NCBI GenBank assembly: GCA_004558825.1
Contig: SFDB01000001.1
Span: 65,479-129,478 of the forward strand
DNA from: Clostridiales bacterium
GTDB lineage: Bacteria; Bacillota; Clostridia; Christensenellales; CAG-138
DNA: 64,000 nucleotides
Direction of reading: 5' to 3'
Positions 28,278 to 36,975 of this stretch are shown piece after piece (position 1 is the stretch's first letter; each line of letters opens with the position of its first letter). A program made the translations under genes and the position numbers. The notes under the pieces were generated by a model, which did no database searches, was not told the DNA's origin, and was given only the letters and a program-made list of their open reading frames with translations.

Positions 28278-29585
28278 TTATCCGCGCTTTTGAGCGCTCG
28301 CAAGATCAACCATCTCCTGCGCCATCTGCCTTACCTTATCCCTGAGCTTAAATATGCAGTCCATCTCGACCGCCTGCCCTTTTACGATATCCTCCGCAAG
28401 CGTTCGGCAAGTCGGTGAACCGCATGAGCCGCAGTCAAGCCCGGGCAGCCGCCTGTTTATTTCCTCCAGCCTGTCCATCATACGCATCGCCTCTACAACA
28501 TCGTCGCTCAGCTTTAGTATGTTCCTCGGCTCAAACGGCACGTCGTAGAGAATCATATCCGAATTGACGTACTTGCGAACATGCTCATCGCCATCGAGAT
28601 CAAGACGCGGCTGTGAATACTGTATGCGCCTGTTCCTGTTCTTGGCAACGAACTGATTCTCAAACGTGAGCGGCCCGCCGACGCATCCGCCCTTGCATGC
28701 CATCATCTCGACAAGCACGAGTCCGCGCAGGCGTTCATTATCTATCTCGTCAAGGCACTGCATTACGTCACAAATACCGTCCACCGCAAGGTAATGCTCC
28801 GTTCCGACGGCAGCGCTCAGTCCGCCAACAACGGCCGAACCCAGGCCGAATGCACCCGCTCGAAAAGCGATGTTGTTCATATGCGTATCGCCCGCCTTGC
28901 CTATAAATTTCATCAGCTGCGGATACACGTCGCGTACGGCGAAAACGCCGTTTATATCCGACTTTGTTATGCCAAGAGGACTTTTTATGTGCGTCATCTC
29001 TGCGGCGCAGGGCGATATGTAGTACACGCCTACTTCGTCGCGCGGCACATTCATCGTCTCGCAAAACTCCTCCTTTGCTACCCTCGCAGCTATCTCATTT
29101 GACGGTATGAAAGGCGCAAGATTGTCAATCAAATTCGGGTATAGCGACGTCACAAGGCGCGGTATTACCGGGCATGAGCTCGATATGAGAGGCAGCACCG
29201 CCTCAGAGCTTCGAATGTGCTTCGCCATGGCTTCGGCAAGTATCTCCGTCGCCTTCGCCTCCTCGTATATCGCGTCAAAGCCCATCGCGTAAAGCCCCGC
29301 ATATATATCGCGTATGTCTGTAACGCCTTGAAACTGTGAATAAAGCGTCGTCGACGGAACCACTATATTGTATTTGAACGCGCCAAGAACCGACAGCGGC
29401 GTCGTGACGGCCACCATTGCGTTATGCGGGCATGACGACAGACACATTCCGCAATCTATGCAGCGCTCATCTATCATATATGCCTTGCCGTTTTGCACCC
29501 TTATCGTTTCTGTCGGGCAATTCTTTATACAGTTGGTGCAGCCGACGCATTTTCTTTTGTCTATCCTAACGGAATGCCTATACAT
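28278..29585 (-). CDS. [FeFe]-hydrogenase-like protein (2x[4Fe-4S] ferredoxin domain, H-cluster domain, C-terminal CxxCxxxxC Fe-S domain); probably sensory
   Basis: CVGCTNCIKNCP and CIDCGMCLSSCP. H-cluster-like motifs SSSCP, SPCAAE and EMMACKGGCVGGP. C-terminal LDCGSCGSPTC. Confidence 0.8.
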   Translation of the reverse strand: MYRHSVRIDKRKCVGCTNCIKNCPTETIRVQNGKAYMIDERCIDCGMCLSSCPHNAMVAVTTPLSVLGAFKYNIVVPSTTLYSQFQGVTDIRDIYAGLYAMGFDAIYEEAKATEILAEAMAKHIRSSEAVLPLISSSCPVIPRLVTSLYPNLIDNLAPFIPSNEIAARVAKEEFCETMNVPRDEVGVYYISPCAAEMTHIKSPLGITKSDINGVFAVRDVYPQLMKFIGKAGDTHMNNIAFRAGAFGLGSAVVGGLSAAVGTEHYLAVDGICDVMQCLDEIDNERLRGLVLVEMMACKGGCVGGPLTFENQFVAKNRNRRIQYSQPRLDLDGDEHVRKYVNSDMILYDVPFEPRNILKLSDDVVEAMRMMDRLEEINRRLPGLDCGSCGSPTCRTLAEDIVKGQAVEMDCIFKLRDKVRQMAQEMVDLASAQKRG

Positions 29586-29612
29586 CGTGCTCTCCTTTCC
29601 GTCTTAGGCATA

Positions 29613-30032
29613 TTAAAAAGAATACTCGCTTCTGATTTTGGTTCCTTTTCCAATCTCAGACTCGAGTGAAAAAATCTGGCTGTGACGTTTTACGTTCGGG
29701 AGCCCCATGCCCGCGCCGAACCCCATCGCTCTGACGCTCTCGGGCGCGGTCGAATAGCCCTCCTTCATCACAAGCTCCAAGTCGGCTATGCCCGGCCCTC
29801 TGTCGGAACTTATAAGCGTTAATCCGCGCTCCGTAAGCTCGAGCACAAGCTCGCCCCCGAGCGAATGTATCACGAGGTTCAGCTCAAGCTCATATGAGCA
29901 TATTGAGACCTCGCGTATAATAGAAGGGTCAACGCCCATCTTTTTAAGCGTTCGCTTTATTTTGCTCGATGCGCTGCCCGCAGAAGCAAAATCTCCCCGC
30001 TCTACGGGAAACACCTCTCTATACAGAACCAT
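29613..30032 (-). CDS. RsbW/SpoIIAB-like ATP-binding protein (HATPase_c_2, Ser/Thr kinase type)
   Basis: 139 aa. N-box-like ELNLVIH, and the G-boxes DRGPGI and GFGAGMGLP. Confidence 0.7.
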   Translation of the reverse strand: MVLYREVFPVERGDFASAGSASSKIKRTLKKMGVDPSIIREVSICSYELELNLVIHSLGGELVLELTERGLTLISSDRGPGIADLELVMKEGYSTAPESVRAMGFGAGMGLPNVKRHSQIFSLESEIGKGTKIRSEYSF

Positions 30033-30390
30033 CGTGGACCTCTTTTCTTTCGCATCCTCTCAGACCCGCCGCGTAAAGCAGCCCGCAGCATGTGTACAGC
30101 GTTTTTTCCGTAGAAAGGAGCGCAACGCCTATTTTATCGGCCTCGTCAAGCATCTCCTGCGTCGGCTGTTTGCCGCGCACACACACTATGCAGTGTACGT
30201 CGAGCATTTCGGCCGTGCGTATGACGTGCGGATTCATCATGCCCGTAAGCACAAGCGTTGTCGGCTTCACAAAAGCAAGCACATCGCTCATAAGATCTGC
30301 GCCAAAAGCGGAATCCACCTCAAAATCAAGCATGTCCTTTCCGCATATGACGCACGCGTCAAGTATCTTGGCAACATCGCCGAGTTTCAT
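30019..30390 (-). CDS. DRTGG domain protein (paralog 1)
   Basis: About 123 aa from MKLGDVAKIL (GGAGGG RBS). 14-nt overlap with the kinase-like gene. Confidence 0.65.
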   Translation of the reverse strand: MKLGDVAKILDACVICGKDMLDFEVDSAFGADLMSDVLAFVKPTTLVLTGMMNPHVIRTAEMLDVHCIVCVRGKQPTQEMLDEADKIGVALLSTEKTLYTCCGLLYAAGLRGCERKEVHDGSV

Positions 30391-30407
30391 ACGGCATCCC
30401 TCCTTCT

Positions 30408-31313
30408 TCAGCTCATAGAAGCAAGCGCCTCCATAAGCCTTGCGTATTCGCATGTAAGCTTAATCTGAGTATACTTCATTTTTGACGAAAAATCTATAAA
30501 GCTTTCGGTATTTAGCATAAACAATTCGTTCAGGCTCTCATAAAACTCGCCGCAGCAGTCCACCATCGCCGCAATTACCTCATTATCGCCGCCTCTGTCT
30601 TTCAGCTTCGCCGCAGCGCCGAATATATCGTCCATCATATTCTTTATTGATTCACGCTGCTTTTCAAGCGCCGGCCTGTCCGTGTCGAACTTCACAACAT
30701 CCTCCTCGAGCGAGTTTTTCACCGCATTAATGGTGTCGAACACGCCTTCAACGTCGTCGATCAACGTCTCATCCGCGGTGACCCTGAAGCTTACGCCCTG
30801 CACCTCGAGCTTAAATACCGTACATTCGTACCCCTGCGATACCAGTCTCTCCTTTACGCTCTTCGCGCCGGATTCGCTGCCATAGCCCGAGGCAAGCACC
30901 CTGAACCGTTCCCCGTCCTCGTATATATAGCCGGCTGCCCCCTGCGACGTAATTTTTTCAGCCTGCGCCGCAGCGTTGTCCCGCGACTTGAATACGCCAA
31001 ACTGTATCATATAGCACTCAAGCGCGGGCACGGACACCTCCCGCGTTGTCGTATGTCCCACCGCGCTCACATCGCCGGGCGAATTTGTTGCGTCCGCTTC
31101 TGCGTCATTATCGCCCCTTTTGTTTATCACATCGCCTGAGCCGTCCCCAAACAGCGGCGCAAAAACGTTCTGTGCTATCCATGTGCCTACGTTTGAAGTG
31201 GCCACAAAATAAACCATCGCTATTACGATGATTATTGCAATGACAGCCCCGCCGCCCGATGAGGCTCCGTCCGTTTTACGCCTTCTTCGCGATGCTCTGC
31301 GTCTGTATTCCAT
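30408..31313 (-). CDS. SPOR-domain membrane protein
   Basis: Start set at MEYRRRASRRRRK (AGGAGG RBS 7 nt upstream). One TM helix. SPOR repeat YMIQFGVFKSRDNAAAQAEKI..GYIYEDGERFRVLASGY. Confidence 0.7.
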   Translation of the reverse strand: MEYRRRASRRRRKTDGASSGGGAVIAIIIVIAMVYFVATSNVGTWIAQNVFAPLFGDGSGDVINKRGDNDAEADATNSPGDVSAVGHTTTREVSVPALECYMIQFGVFKSRDNAAAQAEKITSQGAAGYIYEDGERFRVLASGYGSESGAKSVKERLVSQGYECTVFKLEVQGVSFRVTADETLIDDVEGVFDTINAVKNSLEEDVVKFDTDRPALEKQRESIKNMMDDIFGAAAKLKDRGGDNEVIAAMVDCCGEFYESLNELFMLNTESFIDFSSKMKYTQIKLTCEYARLMEALASMS

Positions 31314-31474
31314 ACTCAAACCTCCTGTCCGCTTATGCTTTATGTATATATTGCTTTTGCAAAAATATGACGGGCGTGTCCTGACGCCGTTTCGCCGCAT
31401 AGCGTGCATAAATTCCCACATCATGCAAACACTATGACCGAAAACTACAATTTAGCTCGGGAGGAGATATTTGC

Positions 31475-32026
31475 ATGAAAGCAACAGGCATAGTCAGGCG
31501 CATCGATGAATTGGGCCGTGTCGTCATACCAAAGGAAATACGGCGCACGCTCCGCATTCGTGAAGGCGACCCGCTTGAAATATTCACGGACAAGGAGGGC
31601 GAGATAATTCTGAAGAAATATTCGCCAATAAACGAGCTTGGCGATTTCGCAAAAGAATACGCAGACGCGCTCCATCTCGCTTATGGGCATACGGCTGTCA
31701 TATGTGACAAAGACGTAGTTATCGCCGCTTCGGGCGCAGGCAAACGCGACCTCATGGATAAGAGCGTAAACACAACGATAGATACCCTCATGAAGAACAG
31801 AGAAAAGGTTTCATCGCAGCAGAACGCCACATCTGTCGCCGTGGTTTCTGACGAACGCGACGGTTCACAATATACGGCCCAAACAATAGTGCCTATACTT
31901 GCCTCGGGGGACGCCGTGGGCGCCGTAATGCTTCTTAGCCGCGATGAAAATGCAGCAATGGGAAGGGCGGAGCTCAAGGCATGCGAAACGGCCGCGTACT
32001 TCATGGGTAAACAGCTCGAAGATTAA
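31475..32026 (+). CDS. spoVT: Stage V sporulation protein T (AbrB-type N-terminus plus GAF-like domain)
   Basis: 183 aa. MKATGIVRRIDELGRVVIPKEIRRTLRIREGDPLEIF is the SpoVT/AbrB swapped-hairpin signature. Confidence 0.92.
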   Translation: MKATGIVRRIDELGRVVIPKEIRRTLRIREGDPLEIFTDKEGEIILKKYSPINELGDFAKEYADALHLAYGHTAVICDKDVVIAASGAGKRDLMDKSVNTTIDTLMKNREKVSSQQNATSVAVVSDERDGSQYTAQTIVPILASGDAVGAVMLLSRDENAAMGRAELKACETAAYFMGKQLED

Positions 32027-32050
32027 ATTTCAGTAAAAATATGCACGGTC

Positions 32051-32079
32051 AAAAAAGCGGCGCTTATGGCCGCTTTTTG
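32051..32079. terminator. Bidirectional intrinsic terminator between convergent genes
   Basis: AAAAAAGCGGC-GCTTATG-GCCGCTTTTT. A 6-bp GC stem is flanked by an A-run and a T-run. Confidence 0.7.
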
Positions 32080-32127
32080 CTTTCGCATAATAATCGCGCG
32101 GTTCTTATGTGCCTTGTCGTTTTGCTT

Positions 32128-33627
32128 TTAAGCGGACTTTCCTTTTATGCGCCTAACCGTCTGCAATGCAGTTTTCCAATTTACCGCCAAATTCACAACA
32201 ATCGCTGTGCCTATGGTCACACCCGCCGCCTTGCACGCAAGCAGAAGCCACGAAAGATATGTTGTTTCGGTCATAATGAAGCTCTTTGTCAAGAAATACG
32301 ATATTATAAGCACCGCCGCATCAGTAATGACATACTTAACAAAATGCCATATTGGGCGGTTGATTATATTTTTATGCAAATACCATACCAAATAACAGGT
32401 GTGGTACATCATTGCCGCAAACGTACCCGCCGCCACGCCCACAAGCCCCCACTTGAACACAAGCACCAGTGACAGCACTGCATTTATCGCCGTCGAAATG
32501 AAGGCGCCATTCTGCGTCTGCTTGAAATGGCCCGCAGATTTGACAAGGCTGAAATACGGCACCCTAAGACAGCGGGAGGCGTAAGCAAGCGCCATAAGCG
32601 TCCCGAACGCGGGCAGCAGATAATCAGCGTCGTTTATGCCTCGCGTATATACCGCCGCAAACGGCACAATCGTTATCGCGGCAATGGTAAATACTATCGT
32701 GACTGCTGTGTGCATTATAAACTCCACCCTTTCAAACGAGCCGTTGAGCGCGTCATTCTCTTTTCGGGCTATCATGTCCCCAAAGTATGACTCAAGACCT
32801 GTCGTCGCCATTATGACCGTTACCGCAAGCCCATTTGCAACATTAAAATACACCGAATATACGGACACGCTCGCAAGAGTCGAAAAGAGCGTCAATACCA
32901 CCACGTCGATATTCTCGCATACCACCGCGGATACATGCTGCGCAAAGCCGTTCCATTTTTGCTTTATCGGCTCTTCTGTGAGTTTAATATGCTTGTTAAT
33001 CTCATAATGCTTTCGCACATAAAGCGCAGTCAGCAGCGGCCTGACAACGAATATCGCCGCCGTAACCAGCTTCACGATGTGTACCGACGCCCCGTTTTTT
33101 ATAAGAATTATGCAGAACACGGCGTTAAGCGCGGTCGTTATAATTTGCAGCGCAATATGCACATACGATTTTTGGTCCGCATTCAGCAGAAGCTGATATG
33201 TCGCGCCGAAAAAATACTGAGCAAAGGTGCTTACGGCTATTATAGCCACAAGCGAAGCCGAAAACCACGGGTTATGCTCCCTGTTTACTATTGTTGGGAA
33301 CACAAACATCAGTACCGCTATATATATAAGAAAAATTACCGCTATGCGCCGAAAGAAGCGCTCCGACGAAATAACTATCCTGCTGATTTGGTCATTGTTT
33401 TTTTCAGCAAGCGGAGCATAAAGGTTCGCCTGTATCACGGGACCTATGCCCATCTCCATAAGCGATATTAAGCTCAAAAAATGGGTTATCGACGAAACAA
33501 GCCCGTTTACCTCAGACCCATAGTACTCAAGCATAAACCGCGGCAGCAAAAAGCCGCAGATCATAGCCACTATCTGCTTCAGCAACCCCATGCCGCCGTT
33601 GAGAAAAAGCTTTTGTTTTCTGTTCAT
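32128..33627 (-). CDS. MOP-superfamily polysaccharide/lipid-linked oligosaccharide flippase (Wzx/MurJ-like)
   Basis: About 14 predicted TM helices. N-terminus MNRKQKLFLNGGMGLLKQIV is typical of polysaccharide biosynthesis proteins. The start is uncertain (33627 or 33642). The track ORF start at 33804 overlaps the upstream gene. Confidence 0.65.
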   Translation of the reverse strand: MNRKQKLFLNGGMGLLKQIVAMICGFLLPRFMLEYYGSEVNGLVSSITHFLSLISLMEMGIGPVIQANLYAPLAEKNNDQISRIVISSERFFRRIAVIFLIYIAVLMFVFPTIVNREHNPWFSASLVAIIAVSTFAQYFFGATYQLLLNADQKSYVHIALQIITTALNAVFCIILIKNGASVHIVKLVTAAIFVVRPLLTALYVRKHYEINKHIKLTEEPIKQKWNGFAQHVSAVVCENIDVVVLTLFSTLASVSVYSVYFNVANGLAVTVIMATTGLESYFGDMIARKENDALNGSFERVEFIMHTAVTIVFTIAAITIVPFAAVYTRGINDADYLLPAFGTLMALAYASRCLRVPYFSLVKSAGHFKQTQNGAFISTAINAVLSLVLVFKWGLVGVAAGTFAAMMYHTCYLVWYLHKNIINRPIWHFVKYVITDAAVLIISYFLTKSFIMTETTYLSWLLLACKAAGVTIGTAIVVNLAVNWKTALQTVRRIKGKSA

Positions 33628-33772
33628 TCCCGTTTCCCGCATACGAAGCGTTAAGCCCCCGTTAATTATCATATCACATGATCGCACATATCGGAACAGA
33701 AATATCTTAATGCGCATACGCGCAAACAAAAAACGCGGCTCGGCATATTCGCCGGCCGCTTCCAATCGTGCT

Positions 33773-33994
33773 TTATTCCCTGTACTTTTTGATTTCACGC
33801 GCAAGTATTTTCAGCCGCTCGGCGTTCTTTGCAAGCTCGGCCTCCTTTTCGTCGAGCTCACGCTGCGCGTTTTCAAGCCTTTGCGCCAGATCGTCGAGTT
33901 CGCACGTTATCTCGTCTATGAACTCGTCAACCTCCGCCATATTGTATCCAAACAAGGAATGTGAAAACCGTTTATTTACTATCTCGTCTCTGTT
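33773..33994 (-). CDS. Small DivIVA-domain protein
   Basis: 73 aa from MNRDEIVNKRFSHSLFGYNMAEVDEFIDEI (DivIVA N-terminal motif), then a coiled coil. It follows sepF. Confidence 0.7.
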   Translation of the reverse strand, partial: NRDEIVNKRFSHSLFGYNMAEVDEFIDEITCELDDLAQRLENAQRELDEKEAELAKNAERLKILAREIKKYRE

Positions 33995-34078
33995 CATCTC
34001 ATCCTCCGCAAGCGCACAGCGCATCAAAAAAACAGTTTGCCGTGCGCGCGCAGCGCGCACGGCTCGTATCGGTCGTAA

Positions 34079-34540
34079 TTACAGACCTTCGCTCTCTTCC
34101 TCGGAGTCGCTCCCGGTGCTCATCACATCGTAATTGGCAGGCGCCATGCAATATATCGCATAGTCTATCCTGTGTATCCTTCCTCCGAGTGCGTAGGCCG
34201 CGCCGTTCACATAGTCGAGAATGCGCTGCGCCATCGGGACATCTGTCTCAGCCAGCTCGGACACATTCACGATTACCGGTTTGCGGCTCTTGAAATTGTC
34301 AACTATGCTGCGTGTATCCTCAAAGCATACGGGACGGTAAATAACCATCTTCTGCTGCGCAGCTGTGGGAAAGCTGACCACGTTCTCCCTGTTGGAACGC
34401 TTCCTCGCCGTGTTCCTTGAAAAGGCCGATACGTTGCTGTTGTTTTCTTCCTCGAAATCGTATTCGTCCTCCGTGTACTCGTCATCGAGTTCAACTTCAG
34501 AAACGCCTATCTTATCGAGAATCTTGTCAAAAAATGCCAT
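34079..34540 (-). CDS. sepF: Cell division protein SepF
   Basis: 153 aa. N-terminal amphipathic MAFFDKILDKIG and a conserved C-terminal domain (PVIVN..AQRILDYVNGAAYALGG). Confidence 0.9.
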   Translation of the reverse strand: MAFFDKILDKIGVSEVELDDEYTEDEYDFEEENNSNVSAFSRNTARKRSNRENVVSFPTAAQQKMVIYRPVCFEDTRSIVDNFKSRKPVIVNVSELAETDVPMAQRILDYVNGAAYALGGRIHRIDYAIYCMAPANYDVMSTGSDSEEESEGL

Positions 34541-34628
34541 CGTTCATTCCTCCGTTTCTTTTTCGGCGCTTGGAGAAATTTCTGATTGATTGAAGCGTTT
34601 TTTTATATATCTATCGCTTCTGTTTGCG

Positions 34629-35318
34629 TCAATAGCGCGGGCCGAATATGGCCGTTCCTACTCGCACCATGTTCGAGCCTTCCTCTATCGCCGCTGTATA
34701 ATCGCCGCTCATACCCATTGAAAGGTGCCTCATTTCGACATTTTCGAGCTCTTGCTTCTTTATGTCTTCAAAGATCTTCCGCATTTGCGCGAAGTATTTA
34801 CGCACATCGGCCTCTCCCACATGAGGCGGAACGCACATTATTCCCTTCACGCCAATGCCCGGCATGGCGGATATTATCCTGATAAACTCGGCCGCTCCGT
34901 CGCTCGCGGCGCCGCCCTTTTGTTCCTCACCGCCTATGTTCACCTCGACAAGAACGTCCTGAACAATGCCGGCAGCCGATGCTCGCCTGCTTATTTCCCT
35001 TGCAAGCTCAAGCCTGTCCACCGACTGTATAAGCGATACGTTTCCTACAATATATTTTACCTTATTTGTTTGAAGCTGTCCAATAAAATTTTTGACGACT
35101 CCTACGGAATTAAAGTATTCCAGCTTTTCCGTAAGCTCCTGCGCCCTGTTCTCTCCAACGCTGCGTGCGCCTGCCTTTACCGCCTCGTCTATCCTTGCTA
35201 TGTCGACAAACTTTGTGACAACTATAAGCTCAATATCCTCGGGCCTTCTGCCCGAACGCACGGCCGCCTGCGCCACGTTCTCCTTGACCCTTGCGAAATT
35301 CTCGGCAATATTCATCAT
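34629..35318 (-). CDS. yggS: YggS/YlmE family PLP-binding protein
   Basis: 229 aa. LIVVTK PLP-lysine motif, GENRAQE and SMGMSGDY. Confidence 0.9.
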   Translation of the reverse strand: MMNIAENFARVKENVAQAAVRSGRRPEDIELIVVTKFVDIARIDEAVKAGARSVGENRAQELTEKLEYFNSVGVVKNFIGQLQTNKVKYIVGNVSLIQSVDRLELAREISRRASAAGIVQDVLVEVNIGGEEQKGGAASDGAAEFIRIISAMPGIGVKGIMCVPPHVGEADVRKYFAQMRKIFEDIKKQELENVEMRHLSMGMSGDYTAAIEEGSNMVRVGTAIFGPRY

Positions 35319-36547
35319 AATCCCAGCTTTTCCTTTATTCTCGTGAAATTGCTTACGCGCTCCTTAACGTACTTTTGTCCGGAAACGAGCGTGTCGCGCG
35401 CGTTCTTGGCCCTGACTATCGCCTTCGAGCCGTCTACCGCATATACCTCTATCTCAATGCGCGTGTTATTCCCGTCCGCAAGCACTATATAGGGTACGCC
35501 TTTCTCGAATTGTATTGATTCCGTATTTACCTCAACGCCGCTTACCTGCGCGGAAATGGCCGCCTTTATAGACCGAACGCCTATAAAGTCCCCTATATCG
35601 GAGTTTATCTGTAATATATTGACTACCTTTTTGCCGGATACCTTAGCCTCGAGCGCCACTCCCCTGTATGTGCTCCCCGAGTAGCCGTCGAACACAACAG
35701 AGTATTCCTGCCCTTTTACCAACCGCACGGGATCCGCTGCATTCGTCAAAAAAGCGCAATACCATGTGTTCGGCTCGACTATTCTGTACAGCAGCGACAT
35801 TTCATCGTCCGACGAGCTTCCCTCCTTGTTTCCCTTTATCGCCGACGCCAAAAGCTCGGAAGTTAATATGTCAAGCTTGTCTGCATTAAGCGCCTGCTCG
35901 AAGCCGTCGAAATAAAAGCTGACGCGCCCCGAGGTCGTCGCGGCAATCGTGCTGCGCCATTGCTCAAACTGCGTATTTCTTATTTCTTCCTCTCGGTATA
36001 GCGCCGTAAGCGTCTCGGTTGCATAAACCTTGTCCCGCAAATAAGCGCTGCGTTTCGCAAGCTCCGCGCAAAGCCGCTGCTCAAGCAGCTGAAGATCCTC
36101 TCCTTCGCCGGTCATTATGCAGGCCCTTATAAGGTGCTTTACTTCGTCAATACCGGCGTCGAGAGCGGCAAGCTCGCCGTCTTCTATGCCATCAAGCTGC
36201 CGCATCTGCTCATCGTATATCTCGTTTTCGAGCATAAGCACCGATTGCAGCATATCCTCGCTATAGCCCCACTTGAGAACCCACGCAAGCGTGTCGCCCT
36301 CATTAACTGTATCGCCTTCGCCCGCGATGTACATAAGCTGATCGTACTTCTCTATAGCAACACACTCTTCCTTGCGTATTATCGCCGTTTTAACGTCAAG
36401 GTTAAGCATCATTCCCGAAGACGACGTAACTCCCCACGACCTGCCGGGTATAAACAGCACAAGCAAGCCAATAATGACAAGCCCCGCAAACACGGCAAGC
36501 GCGTAGAATTTCGGATGGAACTTAAATCGTTTTCTTCTTACGATCAT
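35315..36547 (-). CDS. Membrane-anchored HlyD-like (barrel-sandwich/coiled-coil) protein, function unknown
   Basis: 410 aa. One N-terminal TM helix, a central helical region and beta-rich ends. 4-nt overlap with yggS. Family call is tentative. Confidence 0.4.
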   Translation of the reverse strand: MIVRRKRFKFHPKFYALAVFAGLVIIGLLVLFIPGRSWGVTSSSGMMLNLDVKTAIIRKEECVAIEKYDQLMYIAGEGDTVNEGDTLAWVLKWGYSEDMLQSVLMLENEIYDEQMRQLDGIEDGELAALDAGIDEVKHLIRACIMTGEGEDLQLLEQRLCAELAKRSAYLRDKVYATETLTALYREEEIRNTQFEQWRSTIAATTSGRVSFYFDGFEQALNADKLDILTSELLASAIKGNKEGSSSDDEMSLLYRIVEPNTWYCAFLTNAADPVRLVKGQEYSVVFDGYSGSTYRGVALEAKVSGKKVVNILQINSDIGDFIGVRSIKAAISAQVSGVEVNTESIQFEKGVPYIVLADGNNTRIEIEVYAVDGSKAIVRAKNARDTLVSGQKYVKERVSNFTRIKEKLGL

Positions 36548-36573
36548 CTATACACCTCGATCTAAAACGCCTC

Positions 36574-36954
36574 TTATTCCGTCAGCGCATAGCCTTCTTT
36601 TTTCGACCTGCCGTACTGCCTGTCGAAATTCTCTTTATTTTTGGCTATGTAGCCCTCGTAAAGCTCATCGGAGGTCATGCCGGCGCGTCTTGCCATGCTT
36701 ATGACAAAATGCACCACGTCGACTATCTCTTCCTTAATGGCCGCGCTGTCAATTTCCTTTGGATTCTTCCACCACTTGAAATTTACCTCGCAAAGCAGCT
36801 CGCCGAGCTCGCTCACGAGCGCAAGCACGTCCTTCTGTATCCACTCCTCGCTCGATATTCCGCCGAGGCCGCGCCTAAGCGTTATATCGTCATCCAATAA
36901 GCCCTGAAGCTCAAATATAACGTCAAGCTTGTCCTTCACCGTGTTTTCACCCAT
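36574..36954 (-). CDS. All-alpha NTP pyrophosphohydrolase (MazG-like / dimeric dUTPase-like)
   Basis: 126 aa. The pattern ELGELLCEVNFKWWK..EEIVDVVHF resembles the MazG/dUTPase_2 metal-binding helices. Confidence 0.5.
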   Translation of the reverse strand: MGENTVKDKLDVIFELQGLLDDDITLRRGLGGISSEEWIQKDVLALVSELGELLCEVNFKWWKNPKEIDSAAIKEEIVDVVHFVISMARRAGMTSDELYEGYIAKNKENFDRQYGRSKKEGYALTE

Positions 36955-36975
36955 TGCGACCCCCCCAAATCAGTA

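Noticed and set aside
31391-31474. Possible forespore (sigma-G/F type) promoter GCATA..N18..CAAACACTA upstream of spoVT, and a sigma-E-like AATATA..CATATAAAT upstream of spoIIP (23470..23530).
   Set aside because: The matches to the consensus are partial and the spacing is ambiguous. I cannot support them beyond expectation from Bacillus regulation.
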